Below, one piece after another: positions 7,707-17,471 of a DNA stretch of 32,000 nucleotides. The notes beneath the pieces are model-generated. The model had not been told where the DNA came from, did not search any database, and was given only the letters and a program-made list of their open reading frames with translations. The translations under genes and the position numbers were made by a program. Every line of letters begins with the position of its first letter. Position 1 is the stretch's first letter. This DNA is from Geotalea uraniireducens Rf4 (GTDB taxonomy: Bacteria > Desulfobacterota > Desulfuromonadia > Geobacterales > Geobacteraceae): assembly GCF_000016745.1 (NCBI RefSeq), contig NC_009483.1, positions 2,400,001 to 2,432,000 of the forward strand. The letters are read 5' to 3'.

Positions 7707-7816
7707 GGGTTGGCGAGTAAAAAGGCTTTACCTCGAAATATTGTATTTATACTCGAAATACGTAGAAGGGAATTTTTGCGACTTGAAGGATATCAATCTG
7801 GGGATGGAACGGACAT

Positions 7817-7856
7817 AAAAAAACCTCCCGTGCGTATAACGTCGGAAGGTCTTTTT
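7817..7856. terminator. Hairpin terminator downstream of tRNA-Leu(CAG), bidirectional in form
   Basis: The stem ACCTCCCG(7823-7830)/CGGAAGGT(7843-7850) has one mismatch. It lies between an A-run (7817-7823) and a T-run (7852-7856). Confidence 0.6.
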
Positions 7857-7899
7857 ATTAGGAGTCTACGTTGTTAAATACAAAAGACTCTAGATTTTA

Positions 7900-7986
7900 T
7901 GGTGCCGAAGACTGGAATCGAACCAGCACATCCTTGCGAATACTAGAACCTGAATCTAGCGCGTCTACCAATTCCGCCACTTCGGC
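7900..7986 (-). tRNA. tRNA-Leu (anticodon CAG), CCA encoded
   Basis: The minus-strand sequence is GCCGAAGUGGCGGAAUUGGUAGACGCGCUAGAUUCAGGUUCUAG...GCUGGUUCGAUUCCAGUCUUCGGCACCA. It has a 7-bp acceptor stem, a long variable arm, anticodon loop UUCAGGU, and a D-arm nearly identical to E. coli tRNA-Leu(CAG). Confidence 0.92.
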
Positions 7987-7999
7987 TTTCGAGTTATTT

Positions 8000-8028
8000 T
8001 GTATATCACTATTGTCGATCGTTTGCAA
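8000..8028 (-). promoter_or_regulatory. Candidate sigma70 promoter for tRNA-Leu(CAG)
   Basis: The minus strand reads TTGCAA (8023-8028), a 17-nt spacer, then TATACA (8000-8005), 14 nt before the tRNA 5' end. Confidence 0.35.
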
Positions 8029-8063
8029 GAGAAATATTCGTTACTATTGCTCTGTCAGTGTTT

Positions 8064-8624
8064 CTATGGTCGAAACACGGGGCCCAAAGGTCGATACCAG
8101 TATGGCGGCACATCATATCCATAATAATATGGGTCGTAGTTGTAGTAAGGTGCCGGAGTGGGATAGGGGAAGGCTTTTTCAGTTTCAGATAATTTCCAGG
8201 CGAATATTTCCTTGATCGTGATTACTGGATAGGTGTATTCAGCTTCATCGAGAGGTAAAGTCTTTTTCCCTTTGACTTCTCCGACAATTGTTACCAATCT
8301 GCGGGGCTTATAGATCATGGCATCGACAAAATCTGGACTAGTGGCAAGAAAGCGACCACCTGAGTGTGACGATTCAATGGGAAAGCCGACATCGTCGAGT
8401 TGAAATTGGACAATTTCCAGCTGACCGCCATCTTTAGTGTTTTTCACCCCGGCAACCATTCCACCCAGCATTACATTTCTGCCGATGAAGGTGTCAGGAT
8501 TTCCACGCAATTTGCTGAACGCAATGGATGGGTCCACCTGTTTTCTGGCTTCTTCACTTATGACGTGAGCACAACCAGAAAGGAATAAAAGTGCCAGGAG
8601 CGGCAATGCCAGTAATTTGCCCAT
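8064..8624 (-). CDS. Slp-family outer-membrane lipoprotein
   Basis: The N-terminus MGKLLALPLLALLFLSGC has a lipobox (LSGC). The core FIGRNVMLGGMVAGVKNTKDGGQLEIVQFQLD resembles the Slp family. The C-terminal tail is Tyr/Pro-rich. The start at ATG 8624 has GGAGG 7 nt upstream. Confidence 0.78.
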   Translation of the reverse strand: MGKLLALPLLALLFLSGCAHVISEEARKQVDPSIAFSKLRGNPDTFIGRNVMLGGMVAGVKNTKDGGQLEIVQFQLDDVGFPIESSHSGGRFLATSPDFVDAMIYKPRRLVTIVGEVKGKKTLPLDEAEYTYPVITIKEIFAWKLSETEKAFPYPTPAPYYNYDPYYYGYDVPPYWYRPLGPVFRP

Positions 8625-8655
8625 TACAGTACCTCCGTAGAATGTTTCTTGATTA

Positions 8656-8684
8656 AATATTAGTTGTGCTGACGATAATGTCAA
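8656..8684 (-). promoter_or_regulatory. Candidate sigma70 promoter for the slp-like gene
   Basis: The minus strand reads TTGACA (8679-8684), a 17-nt spacer, then AATATT (8656-8661). Confidence 0.3.
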
Positions 8685-8961
8685 ATTGCGTGTGTTAAAT
8701 GTTAAGTCGCTTGCAGTTTTGATGCCTGAAGGTATGTGATCGACGTATTTTTAGCTTACAGGTCATGCACTCAATGATTAAGCAATTATTTACGGGATCA
8801 TACTAACTTGCGGAGGGTAAATCTATTTAGTTTTTAATCAGGAAACTAGGGTGGGCAGGTGCAGAAAGTGAATGGGCCAATCCTGATCTTGATTCCTGGA
8901 TCATTCACTTCGGCAGTACTAATGGCGAGGTATATCTGGTCGTAAAGTTGTCTAATATGAC

Positions 8962-9007
8962 TGAAAAATGAAAGAGCCAGTATTGAACTTGTCAATTACT
9001 GGCTCTT
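8962..9007 (-). terminator. Rho-independent terminator after tRNA-Leu(GAG)
   Basis: The stem AGAGCCAGTA(8973-8982)/TACTGGCTCT(8998-9007) is followed on the minus strand by TTCATTTTTC. Confidence 0.7.
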
Positions 9008-9018
9008 TAATATTAACT

Positions 9019-9105
9019 TGGTGCCGAAGGCGAGAATCGAACTCGCACGGGCTGTCGCCCACCACCCCCTCAAGATGGCGTGTCTACCAATTCCACCACT
9101 TCGGC
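9019..9105 (-). tRNA. tRNA-Leu (anticodon GAG), CCA encoded
   Basis: The minus-strand sequence is GCCGAAGUGGUGGAAUUGGUAGACACGCCAUCUUGAGGGGGUGG...GCGAGUUCGAUUCUCGCCUUCGGCACCA. It has anticodon loop UUGAGGG, a long variable arm, and a clean T-arm GCGAG/CUCGC. Confidence 0.92.
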
Positions 9106-9167
9106 AAGGAAGAATATTTATTTATCATTAAGCGTCGAGCATGTCAACAGGAAATTAACCTTGCTTG

Positions 9168-9572
9168 TTACTTTTTAGGTGTTGCTGGTTGGGCAGGAGC
9201 TTGTGGTACCTGCTGTACCGGTTTAGTTTGTACTGGTTCTGTACTCAATGGTTTACCTTGTGCGGGCGGTTGCATTGGAGCGGCAGATTTTTTCTGGACG
9301 GCTTTGGTTGCGTCCTTAGATGACATGATCGAAGAACTTCCTCCCTTTCCTGATACGAATGCAAGGGTTAGGGATGTGAGCATGAAGATAACGGCAGCGC
9401 TCGTGGTCAATTTGCTTAAGAATGTAGTGCCGCCACCAGCACCGAAAACTGACTGACTGCCTCCTGCACCGAATGAGGCGCCCATTTCTGCGCCTTTACC
9501 CGACTGCAGCAGAACTATGACAATCAATGCTAAGCTTACAAAGATGTGTAAAATAATTAGTAGTGTGGTCAT
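9168..9572 (-). CDS. secG: Preprotein translocase subunit SecG with a Pro/Gln/Ala-rich C-terminal extension
   Basis: MTTLLIILHIFVSLALIVIVLLQSGKG...FGAGGGTTFLSKLT is the SecG signature. The start is ATG 9572 downstream of GGAGG. The classic tpiA-secG-tRNA-Leu linkage is present. Confidence 0.9.
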   Translation of the reverse strand: MTTLLIILHIFVSLALIVIVLLQSGKGAEMGASFGAGGSQSVFGAGGGTTFLSKLTTSAAVIFMLTSLTLAFVSGKGGSSSIMSSKDATKAVQKKSAAPMQPPAQGKPLSTEPVQTKPVQQVPQAPAQPATPKK

Positions 9573-9638
9573 CGATGCTTTTTCCTCCAAGATTTTAAAA
9601 AATAATATTTAGCATATTGGGAGACAAAAGCAAAGAGT

Positions 9639-10394
9639 TTATTCACTAAAGCGGACTATATGTGCAAAAGAATCAGCTTTAAGGCTTGCGCCGCCAACCA
9701 GGGCACCATCGATATCCTTTTGGGCCATGAGTCCTTTGACGTTCTCAGGTTTCACACTTCCTCCGTAGAGAATCCTGATATTTTCTGCAGACTCGCTGTC
9801 GCATAGCTTTGCCACAACTCCCCGGATAAATTTGTGAGCTTCCTGTGCTTGATCGTCAGTTGCAGTTTTGCCCGTGCCGATCGCCCATACAGGCTCATAA
9901 GCAATGATCACATTTTTCAGTTCATCCTTCGTAATCCCTGAAATACCGCCGCTAATCTGCCGTTCAAGGACCGTGAAGGTTTGGTTTTCTTCACGCTCGT
10001 GAAGAGTTTCTCCGATGCAGAAAAGTATGGTCAGTCCGGCACGCAACGCTGCTATATTTTTTTTATTTACGGTCTCATCGGTTTCTCCAAAGAACTGTCT
10101 TCGTTCTGAATGCCCGATAATTACATGACTGCATCCGGCATCAAGCAGCATTGTACTGGAAACTTCACCAGTATACGCACCTTGTTCATCCCAAAAACAG
10201 TCTTGGGCAGCCAGGTTGATATTCGTTCCCTTTAAAGCGTTCTTTACCGTACTTAATACGGTAAATACCGGAGCTACGACAATTTCAACCCCGGAAGCAT
10301 TTTTGACCAGGGGGATAAGTTCATTGACTAGCTCGAGCGCTTCGCTTGTGGTCTTATAAAGTTTCCAATTGCCGGCGATTACTGGTTTACGCAT
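9639..10394 (-). CDS. tpiA: Triosephosphate isomerase
   Basis: Motifs are MRKPVIAGNWKL, IIGHSERR and AYEPVWAIGTG. The start is ATG 10394 after AGGAGG. The longer track ORF (to 10484) merely translates the upstream repeat element. Confidence 0.95.
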   Translation of the reverse strand: MRKPVIAGNWKLYKTTSEALELVNELIPLVKNASGVEIVVAPVFTVLSTVKNALKGTNINLAAQDCFWDEQGAYTGEVSSTMLLDAGCSHVIIGHSERRQFFGETDETVNKKNIAALRAGLTILFCIGETLHEREENQTFTVLERQISGGISGITKDELKNVIIAYEPVWAIGTGKTATDDQAQEAHKFIRGVVAKLCDSESAENIRILYGGSVKPENVKGLMAQKDIDGALVGGASLKADSFAHIVRFSE

Positions 10395-10413
10395 ATAGCC
10401 TCCTGAAGAAGCG

Positions 10414-10509
10414 GTTGATGGTTGTTCGTTGATGGTCGACAGCGGGCGACTAATGGTGAGGCAAGCTTTTTCTATGCGAACCATCCACCATTAACCATCT
10501 ACCATCGAC
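10414..10509. repeat. Heptad-based (GATGGTN) imperfect inverted repeat filling the pgk-tpiA spacer
   Basis: In the minus-strand sense the units are gatggta gatggtt aatggtg gatggtt (10479-10506). In-phase plus-strand copies lie at 10417, 10431 and 10452. The arms 10414-10440 and 10483-10509 are complementary at about 20 of 27 positions by hand alignment. The element shares GATGGTTAATGGT with the 3623-3664 array. Confidence 0.7.
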
Positions 10510-10514
10510 TGATT

Positions 10515-11714
10515 TTACTTGTGGCCGTTATCTTCCAGCACCTTTATACCCGGAAGTTTTTTCCCTTCGAGAAGTTCGAGGAAAGCGCCGCCGCCAGTCG
10601 ATATATAGCTGATTTTGGCGTATTCTCCTGCTCTGTGCACCGCTACATCAGTATCACCACCACCAACAATGGTAAGGGCATAGGAGTTCGCTACCGCCGA
10701 TACCATCGCAAACGTTCCGCGCGAGAAGGCGTCCATTTCAAAAACACCCATGGGCCCGTTCCAGACAATAGTCTTCGCGTTCTGGAGAGCTGTGCTGAAG
10801 AGGGTTACCGTAGCAGGGCCGATATCAAGAGCCATCCAGCCTTCAGGAATTTCCTGAATAGTAGTGACCTTGGTCTCGGCAGCAGGGTTGAACTGGTCTG
10901 CAACGACACAGTCAACTGGCAGGTAAAACTTTATCCCCTTTTCCCGAGCCTTGTTATATGTATTCAATGCAGTTTCAAGAAGGTTTTCTTCCACCAGTGA
11001 CTTGCCCACATTGTAACCCAGGGCTTTCAGGAAAGTGAATGCCATTCCACCACCAATAATTACTTTGTCTACCTTGTTACAGAGGTTTTCGAGAACCTCT
11101 AGTTTGCCGGAAACCTTTGCCCCGCCTAAAATTGCAACAAGGGGGCGTATGGGGTTTTTCATGGATTTCTCGAAATAACTCATTTCGTTTTTCATTAGAA
11201 AACCGGCTGCAACTATGGGAAAAAACTTTGTTATTGCTTCAACTGATGCATGTGCCCGATGGGATACTGCAAAAGCATCGTTAACATATATGTCGCAATG
11301 ATCGGCCAATGCTTTGGCAAAGTCGTCATCATTTTTTTCCTCACCTGGATAAAACCGGAGGTTTTCCAACATAACCACGTCACCCGGTTGCATGGAGTCA
11401 ATTATTTTTGACACGCCATCGCCTATGCAGTCCGGTGCCAGCTTGACTTCTTTGCCAAGCAGTCGTGAAAGTCTCTTAGCTGCCGGCGCCATAGAATATT
11501 TTGCGTTTCTTTCGCCTTTAGGTCGACCCAGGTGCGAAGCAAGAACTACTTTGGCGTTATAATCAAGGGCATAATTTATAGTCGGCAGAACTGCCCTGAT
11601 ACGGGTGTCCTCGGTTATGTTCTGGTGTTCATCGAGGGGGACGTTAAAATCAACCCTCATGAATATCTTTTTTTCACGAAGGTCGCTGATTTCATCAATG
11701 TAGCGGATTGACAT
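10515..11714 (-). CDS. pgk: Phosphoglycerate kinase
   Basis: The 399-aa ORF reads RVDFNVPL...ASHLGRPKG...and ends in [23 protein letters not shown] precedes the ATG. Confidence 0.97.
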   Translation of the reverse strand: MSIRYIDEISDLREKKIFMRVDFNVPLDEHQNITEDTRIRAVLPTINYALDYNAKVVLASHLGRPKGERNAKYSMAPAAKRLSRLLGKEVKLAPDCIGDGVSKIIDSMQPGDVVMLENLRFYPGEEKNDDDFAKALADHCDIYVNDAFAVSHRAHASVEAITKFFPIVAAGFLMKNEMSYFEKSMKNPIRPLVAILGGAKVSGKLEVLENLCNKVDKVIIGGGMAFTFLKALGYNVGKSLVEENLLETALNTYNKAREKGIKFYLPVDCVVADQFNPAAETKVTTIQEIPEGWMALDIGPATVTLFSTALQNAKTIVWNGPMGVFEMDAFSRGTFAMVSAVANSYALTIVGGGDTDVAVHRAGEYAKISYISTGGGAFLELLEGKKLPGIKVLEDNGHK

Positions 11715-11802
11715 GGTTTCCTCCTGATATGCTGCACTTTATTTATTAGCAAACAAAAATAAAGGGGAAATATTTCCCCCCATTTACCCAGGTAACTTTA
11801 GT

Positions 11803-12822
<1,020 letters not shown>

Positions 12823-12865
12823 TTAATTTGTGCAATTGCTAAGTAATCACTCACAATTAGCGCAT

Positions 12866-12893
12866 AATATACAAATATTGATTTTCGCGTCAA
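12866..12893 (-). promoter_or_regulatory. Candidate sigma70 promoter of the gap-pgk-tpiA-secG operon
   Basis: The minus strand reads TTGACG (12888-12893), a 16-nt spacer, then TATATT (12866-12871), in an AT-rich divergent spacer. Confidence 0.35.
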
Positions 12894-13078
12894 CATTTTT
12901 TATTTAAGATAAATAGAGAATAGTCGATACTTAATTAATCGTACTGTTGTGAATATAGTTGTTTTTTCGTATGGACTTTTTGGAAGTTTGCGGAAGATCG
13001 ATAATTTTCAACTTTTTCTTGAAGTGAAATTATGTTATTATAATTTGTTTGAATAAAAACTGGTAGTATCGGCTGGCA

Positions 13079-15172
13079 ATGGTTAAGATACAACATATGA
13101 AAAATACCCTAGAAAAAAGAATAATACTTTTCTCCTTCATTATTCTTTTCCTCACCATCCTGGCCAGTGCAGGTATGGATATTGTGGGATTCAGAAGAGA
13201 TTATGTCAACGCATTGTTCCTGAGATCGCAAAGTCTCGGGACATCGATGAAAGGGAGTATCGAAAAGGTACTTAATCTTGGTCTTGATATCCGGGACATT
13301 ACGGGGATTTCTGAAAAATGCCGTGAGCTCGTGGTTGGCAATCCTGATATTGCCTATTGTGTGATAACAGATTTGGATGGAAATATTCTGTTTTTGAGTA
13401 ATCCCGCCTTTGATAATTTCCAGTTCAATGTGGTAATCCGCTCATTCACAACCAACCCTCGTCAACAGATCAATCTTGTCGGACAAAACCCTGCGTACTA
13501 TGACACTGTCACTCTGGTTAAAGCGCCTGACGGCAGATCCACAGCTCAGATACACATCGGCTTCAAGGAGACGATAATTTCCGAGAAGGTGAGAGGGATG
13601 ATACTTCGTTCAGTATTTATCCTCGTAATCTTCCTGCTTGTTGCCTTTTCACTTGTCGTTGTTTTCGTCAAAAAAAGCATTATTCAGCCTGTATCTGCCT
13701 TACTTCAGGGCGTTAAAAAAATCTCTGAAGGAGCGGTTGGTGTCCGGATTCAGGAAGTGCCGGTTTATGAATTTAATGAGCTTGCAAAAAATATAAATAT
13801 AATGTCGGAATATCTTAATAATCGTGATGAAGAGATCCGAAATAATTATCAGGAGTTGGAAAGAACCCACAACGAACTGCATTCTTCATACCTTAAACTT
13901 GAGCACCTGAGTCAGGAGCTGGAGCGTTCGGAAGAGCTTTATAAATCACTCATGGAGGATGCCAGTGATGCAATCGTAGTTGTCGGCGACGATGAGATTG
14001 TTAAAATGATTAATAAAATGGCCGAGGAGTTTTTCGGTTATAATGCTCGGGAACTGGTGGGACTTCCTCTGACTAAGATGCTGCTTTTATTGAATATAGA
14101 AAACATACCAAAGATTCACAAAATATTTAAAGATGCCTCAAAAGGAATGCATATAGCTGAAGAGATGCAACTTGTCAAAAAAGGTGGAACCCTTGTTGTT
14201 GCCCGACTTCATGCCAATAGTATAAAAAGCGGCACTGAAAATCTTGTTCAGGCTATATTCCGGGATGTGACTAAAGAGCGTGAGATATTGATCAATCTGG
14301 AAAAGAGTGCCGCCGATCTGGTCAGACTAAATAAAATGAAAGACTCTTTTCTCGGGCTTGCTTCCCATGAATTGAAAACGCCGCTGACCGTAATAATGGG
14401 ATATGCTGAATTGATTTCAACGGATATGGCCGACAGAGTTGACAACACGGTCCTTGAGATGGTCGGAAATATTTCCAGTGCTGCTTCGAGGTTGGATAAT
14501 ATAATCAAGGATATGGTCGACGTATCCATGATTGATGAAAAGCGACTCCAGTTGAAAATGGATGATGTCCAGATTAACCGGCTGGTTGAGGCTTCCGTTA
14601 AGGAGCTCAGTTTCTTTTTTTCAATGCGCAAGCAAGAGCTCGTGCTTCATCTGGACGAATCGATACCCACCATCAGGGGGGATGTTCTCCGGCTTATGCA
14701 ACTATTGTCCAATGTCCTCGGAAATGCCATCAAATTTACTCCTGATGGCGGCCAGATAACAGTTGCTACCAGTGCCAAATATCTTCTGCGCAGCAAACAA
14801 CCGGTTTCAGACGGGCAGCAAATGCAGCCGGTAGTGAATATTGGCAAGGAACATCATCTTTATGTGGAGATTTCCATTAGCGACACGGGAATTGGTATCG
14901 ACAGAGAGGACCAACTCCGTATCTTCGATAAGTTTTACGAAGCTGGAAACATTGAGGAGCACAGTTCCGGTAAGGTGGCCTTCAAGGCTAAGGGAGCCGG
15001 TCTCGGGCTATCCATTGCCAAGGGTATTGTTGATATGCACGGAGGAGAGATCTGGGTTGAATCCTCCGGTTATAATCCAAACAGCGACTCCGGCTCTACT
15101 TTTCATATTCTTCTCCCCTTAAATCCACTAATTGGTGATTCCACAATTGATTACATGAATCTTTTGCACTAA
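13079..15172 (+). CDS. Sensor histidine kinase (2 TM, extracytoplasmic domain, HAMP, coiled coil, PAS, HisKA, HATPase_c)
   Basis: Motifs are H-box LASHELKTPLTVIMGY, N-box LSNVLGNAIKFTP, G1 DTGIGI and G2 GAGLGLSIAKGIV, plus a PAS-like SLMEDASDAIVVVGDD...FFGYNARELVG. No adjacent response regulator is present. The start could be 13079 or 13094. Confidence 0.9.
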   Translation: MVKIQHMKNTLEKRIILFSFIILFLTILASAGMDIVGFRRDYVNALFLRSQSLGTSMKGSIEKVLNLGLDIRDITGISEKCRELVVGNPDIAYCVITDLDGNILFLSNPAFDNFQFNVVIRSFTTNPRQQINLVGQNPAYYDTVTLVKAPDGRSTAQIHIGFKETIISEKVRGMILRSVFILVIFLLVAFSLVVVFVKKSIIQPVSALLQGVKKISEGAVGVRIQEVPVYEFNELAKNINIMSEYLNNRDEEIRNNYQELERTHNELHSSYLKLEHLSQELERSEELYKSLMEDASDAIVVVGDDEIVKMINKMAEEFFGYNARELVGLPLTKMLLLLNIENIPKIHKIFKDASKGMHIAEEMQLVKKGGTLVVARLHANSIKSGTENLVQAIFRDVTKEREILINLEKSAADLVRLNKMKDSFLGLASHELKTPLTVIMGYAELISTDMADRVDNTVLEMVGNISSAASRLDNIIKDMVDVSMIDEKRLQLKMDDVQINRLVEASVKELSFFFSMRKQELVLHLDESIPTIRGDVLRLMQLLSNVLGNAIKFTPDGGQITVATSAKYLLRSKQPVSDGQQMQPVVNIGKEHHLYVEISISDTGIGIDREDQLRIFDKFYEAGNIEEHSSGKVAFKAKGAGLGLSIAKGIVDMHGGEIWVESSGYNPNSDSGSTFHILLPLNPLIGDSTIDYMNLLH

Positions 15173-15278
15173 CGGCTTTTCAAGTTTGGCCTTGAATCCC
15201 TCCCGTTTTTCCTGTATATATACAAAGTTTTTCGTGTTTTATGCTGCTTGGGGAATGTAATGCATTTCAGGAGGGAGT

Positions 15279-16049
15279 ATGCGGGTCTGCCTGCTTGCCA
15301 GCGGCAGCAAAGGCAATTCTCTTTTTATAGAAACCGGTGGGACCAAACTTCTTATTGACGCTGGTCTTTCTGCCGTGGAGATCCTGCGCAGGCTTAATGC
15401 TATCGGGGTTGATGGTGGCGAAATTGATGCCGTCCTTATCAGTCACGAACATACCGACCATATACGGGGTGCCGGTGTGTTGGCACGTAAATTTAAGATG
15501 CCGGTCTTGCTCAGTTATCCTACATATAAAGAAGCGGAGCGTTGTTTCAAAAAGACCGAGGTTGTCGAATTTGAGTCCGGCTACGCTTTCTGTTATAAAG
15601 ATATTTCCATAGATCCATTTCCCATAACCCATGATGCCTGTGATCCGGTTGGTTTTGTTATAAAAAGCAACGAGGGAACCGTGGGGATCGCTACTGATCT
15701 GGGCATAGCTACCAGGCTGGTAAAAGATAAATTGCAGGGATGCAAGGTGTTGATCCTTGAATCCAACCACGATGAGACGATGTTGTTAAACGGACCGTAT
15801 CCATGGCATCTGAAGCAGCGAATCAAATCACGCCATGGCCATCTTTCCAACAATGACTCGGCGGCGTTATTGGAAGAGATTCTCCATTCCGGCCTTGAAG
15901 GTGTTTTTCTCGCCCATCTTTCAGAAGTTAATAATGACCCGCAACTGGCTTACACCGCTGCCGATACTTTGTTGGAATCCCAGAATGTCTGCTCGCCCAG
16001 ACTGATTGTTGGTGATCAATATCTTGCCAGCGCGGTTTTGACCCTTTAA
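15279..16049 (+). CDS. MBL-fold metallo-hydrolase
   Basis: It has the HEHTDH (HxHxDH) motif, an N-terminal MRVCLLASGSKGN and a C-terminal HLS...ND. AGGAGGGA precedes the ATG. Confidence 0.85.
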   Translation: MRVCLLASGSKGNSLFIETGGTKLLIDAGLSAVEILRRLNAIGVDGGEIDAVLISHEHTDHIRGAGVLARKFKMPVLLSYPTYKEAERCFKKTEVVEFESGYAFCYKDISIDPFPITHDACDPVGFVIKSNEGTVGIATDLGIATRLVKDKLQGCKVLILESNHDETMLLNGPYPWHLKQRIKSRHGHLSNNDSAALLEEILHSGLEGVFLAHLSEVNNDPQLAYTAADTLLESQNVCSPRLIVGDQYLASAVLTL

Positions 16050-16175
16050 TTCGTAAATAAATATCAATAAATCCGCCTGAGAATATCGGAATGACGGTTA
16101 TTTAGAACAACATCGGCTTTAAAAAGGCAGACCGCAGGTGCTGCCTGAAATTTACTAACATTGGGAGATAATACA

Positions 16176-17471
16176 GTGATCGAACGCTACAGCCGTCCCG
16201 AAATGACACGCATTTGGGAACCTGAAAACCGCTACCAAAAGTGGCTGGAAATTGAAATATATGCTTGCGAAGCCCATGCAGAGTTGGGAAATATCCCCAA
16301 AGACGCGGTGGAGCGGATAAAGTCCAAGGCACGGTTTGATGTGCCGCGCATCGATGAGATCGAGAAGGTCGTCAAGCATGATGTCATTGCTTTTCTTACC
16401 TCGGTGGCTGATTACATCGGTGATGATTCCCGTTTCGTGCATCTGGGGCTTACCTCCTCGGACGTGCTTGACACTTCGTTTGCCATGCTGCTGAATGAGA
16501 GCAGCGAGATGATCATTGCCGACATCAAACGGCTCATGGATGTCATAAAGAAGAGGGCAATGGAGCATAAAAACACCCCGATGATGGGGCGCTCCCATGG
16601 CATTCACGCCGAACCCGTTACCTTCGGTTTGAAAATGGCACTCTGGTACGATGAAATGCGCAGAAATCTGAGACGCATGGAGGCTGCGCGGGAAACTATC
16701 GCCTATGGCAAGATTTCCGGCGCTGTCGGCACCTTTGCCAATATCGATCCAAAGGTGGAGGAGTACGTATGCGCCAAAGCCGGTCTCAAGCCCGCGCCTT
16801 GTTCCACCCAGGTCATCCAGCGCGACCGCCACGCGGAATTCTTCTCCACCCTGGCAATCATCGCCTCTTCGATCGAGAAATTTGCCGTTGAAATCAGACA
16901 CCTGCAGCGCACCGAGGTGCTTGAGGCCGAGGAGTTCTTCAGTAAGGGGCAGAAGGGCTCTTCCGCCATGCCCCACAAGCGGAACCCGGTGCTTTCGGAA
17001 AACCTGACCGGTCTGGCGCGGCTTATTCGCGGTTATGCGGTTTCCGCCATGGAAAATGTTGCACTCTGGCACGAACGCGATATATCCCATTCTTCAGTTG
17101 AGCGTATCATCGGCCCGGATGCTACCATCCTCATCGATTTCATGTTGAACCGCTGCATTGGTTTAATTGAAAACCTCGTGATTTACCCGGAAAACATGAT
17201 GAAGAACCTGAACCTGATGCGAGGTCTCATCTTTTCTCAACGGATTCTGCTTGAGCTTGCAAACAACGGTGTTTCAAGGGAAAACGCCTATGCAATCGTG
17301 CAAAGAAACGCCATGAAAGTATGGGAAGAGGGGAAGGATTTCCAGACGGAACTTCTCAACGATTCCGAGGTGCGCAGTCATCTCTCGGAGGCACAAATCA
17401 GGGAAGCCTTTGATCTCAACTATCACCTCAAGCATGTGGATACCATTTTTACGAGGGTGTTCGGTGGATAG
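16176..17471 (+). CDS. purB: Adenylosuccinate lyase
   Basis: It has the N-terminus IERYSRPEM and the signature GSSAMPHKRNP. The start is likely GTG 16176 (GGGAGA 7 nt upstream) rather than the track TTG at 16161. Confidence 0.95.
   Translation: MIERYSRPEMTRIWEPENRYQKWLEIEIYACEAHAELGNIPKDAVERIKSKARFDVPRIDEIEKVVKHDVIAFLTSVADYIGDDSRFVHLGLTSSDVLDTSFAMLLNESSEMIIADIKRLMDVIKKRAMEHKNTPMMGRSHGIHAEPVTFGLKMALWYDEMRRNLRRMEAARETIAYGKISGAVGTFANIDPKVEEYVCAKAGLKPAPCSTQVIQRDRHAEFFSTLAIIASSIEKFAVEIRHLQRTEVLEAEEFFSKGQKGSSAMPHKRNPVLSENLTGLARLIRGYAVSAMENVALWHERDISHSSVERIIGPDATILIDFMLNRCIGLIENLVIYPENMMKNLNLMRGLIFSQRILLELANNGVSRENAYAIVQRNAMKVWEEGKDFQTELLNDSEVRSHLSEAQIREAFDLNYHLKHVDTIFTRVFGG

Noticed and set aside
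8968-9456. 162-aa plus-strand ORF
   Set aside because: It overlaps the tRNA-Leu(GAG) gene and the antisense of secG, and it has no RBS or recognisable motifs.
10395-10484. 30-residue N-terminal extension of the tpiA ORF
   Set aside because: It is just the translation of the heptad repeat element. The canonical MRKPVIAGNWK start with an AGGAGG RBS is at 10394.
16106-16150. Possible terminator hairpin after the MBL-fold gene (GGCAG...CTGCC)
   Set aside because: It has only a 5-6-bp stem with a 10-nt loop and a weak T tract, so the support is insufficient.
16155-17090. 311-aa minus-strand ORF
   Set aside because: It is fully antisense to the well-supported purB gene, and the composition of its translation (Gly/His/Arg-rich) is typical of shadow ORFs.
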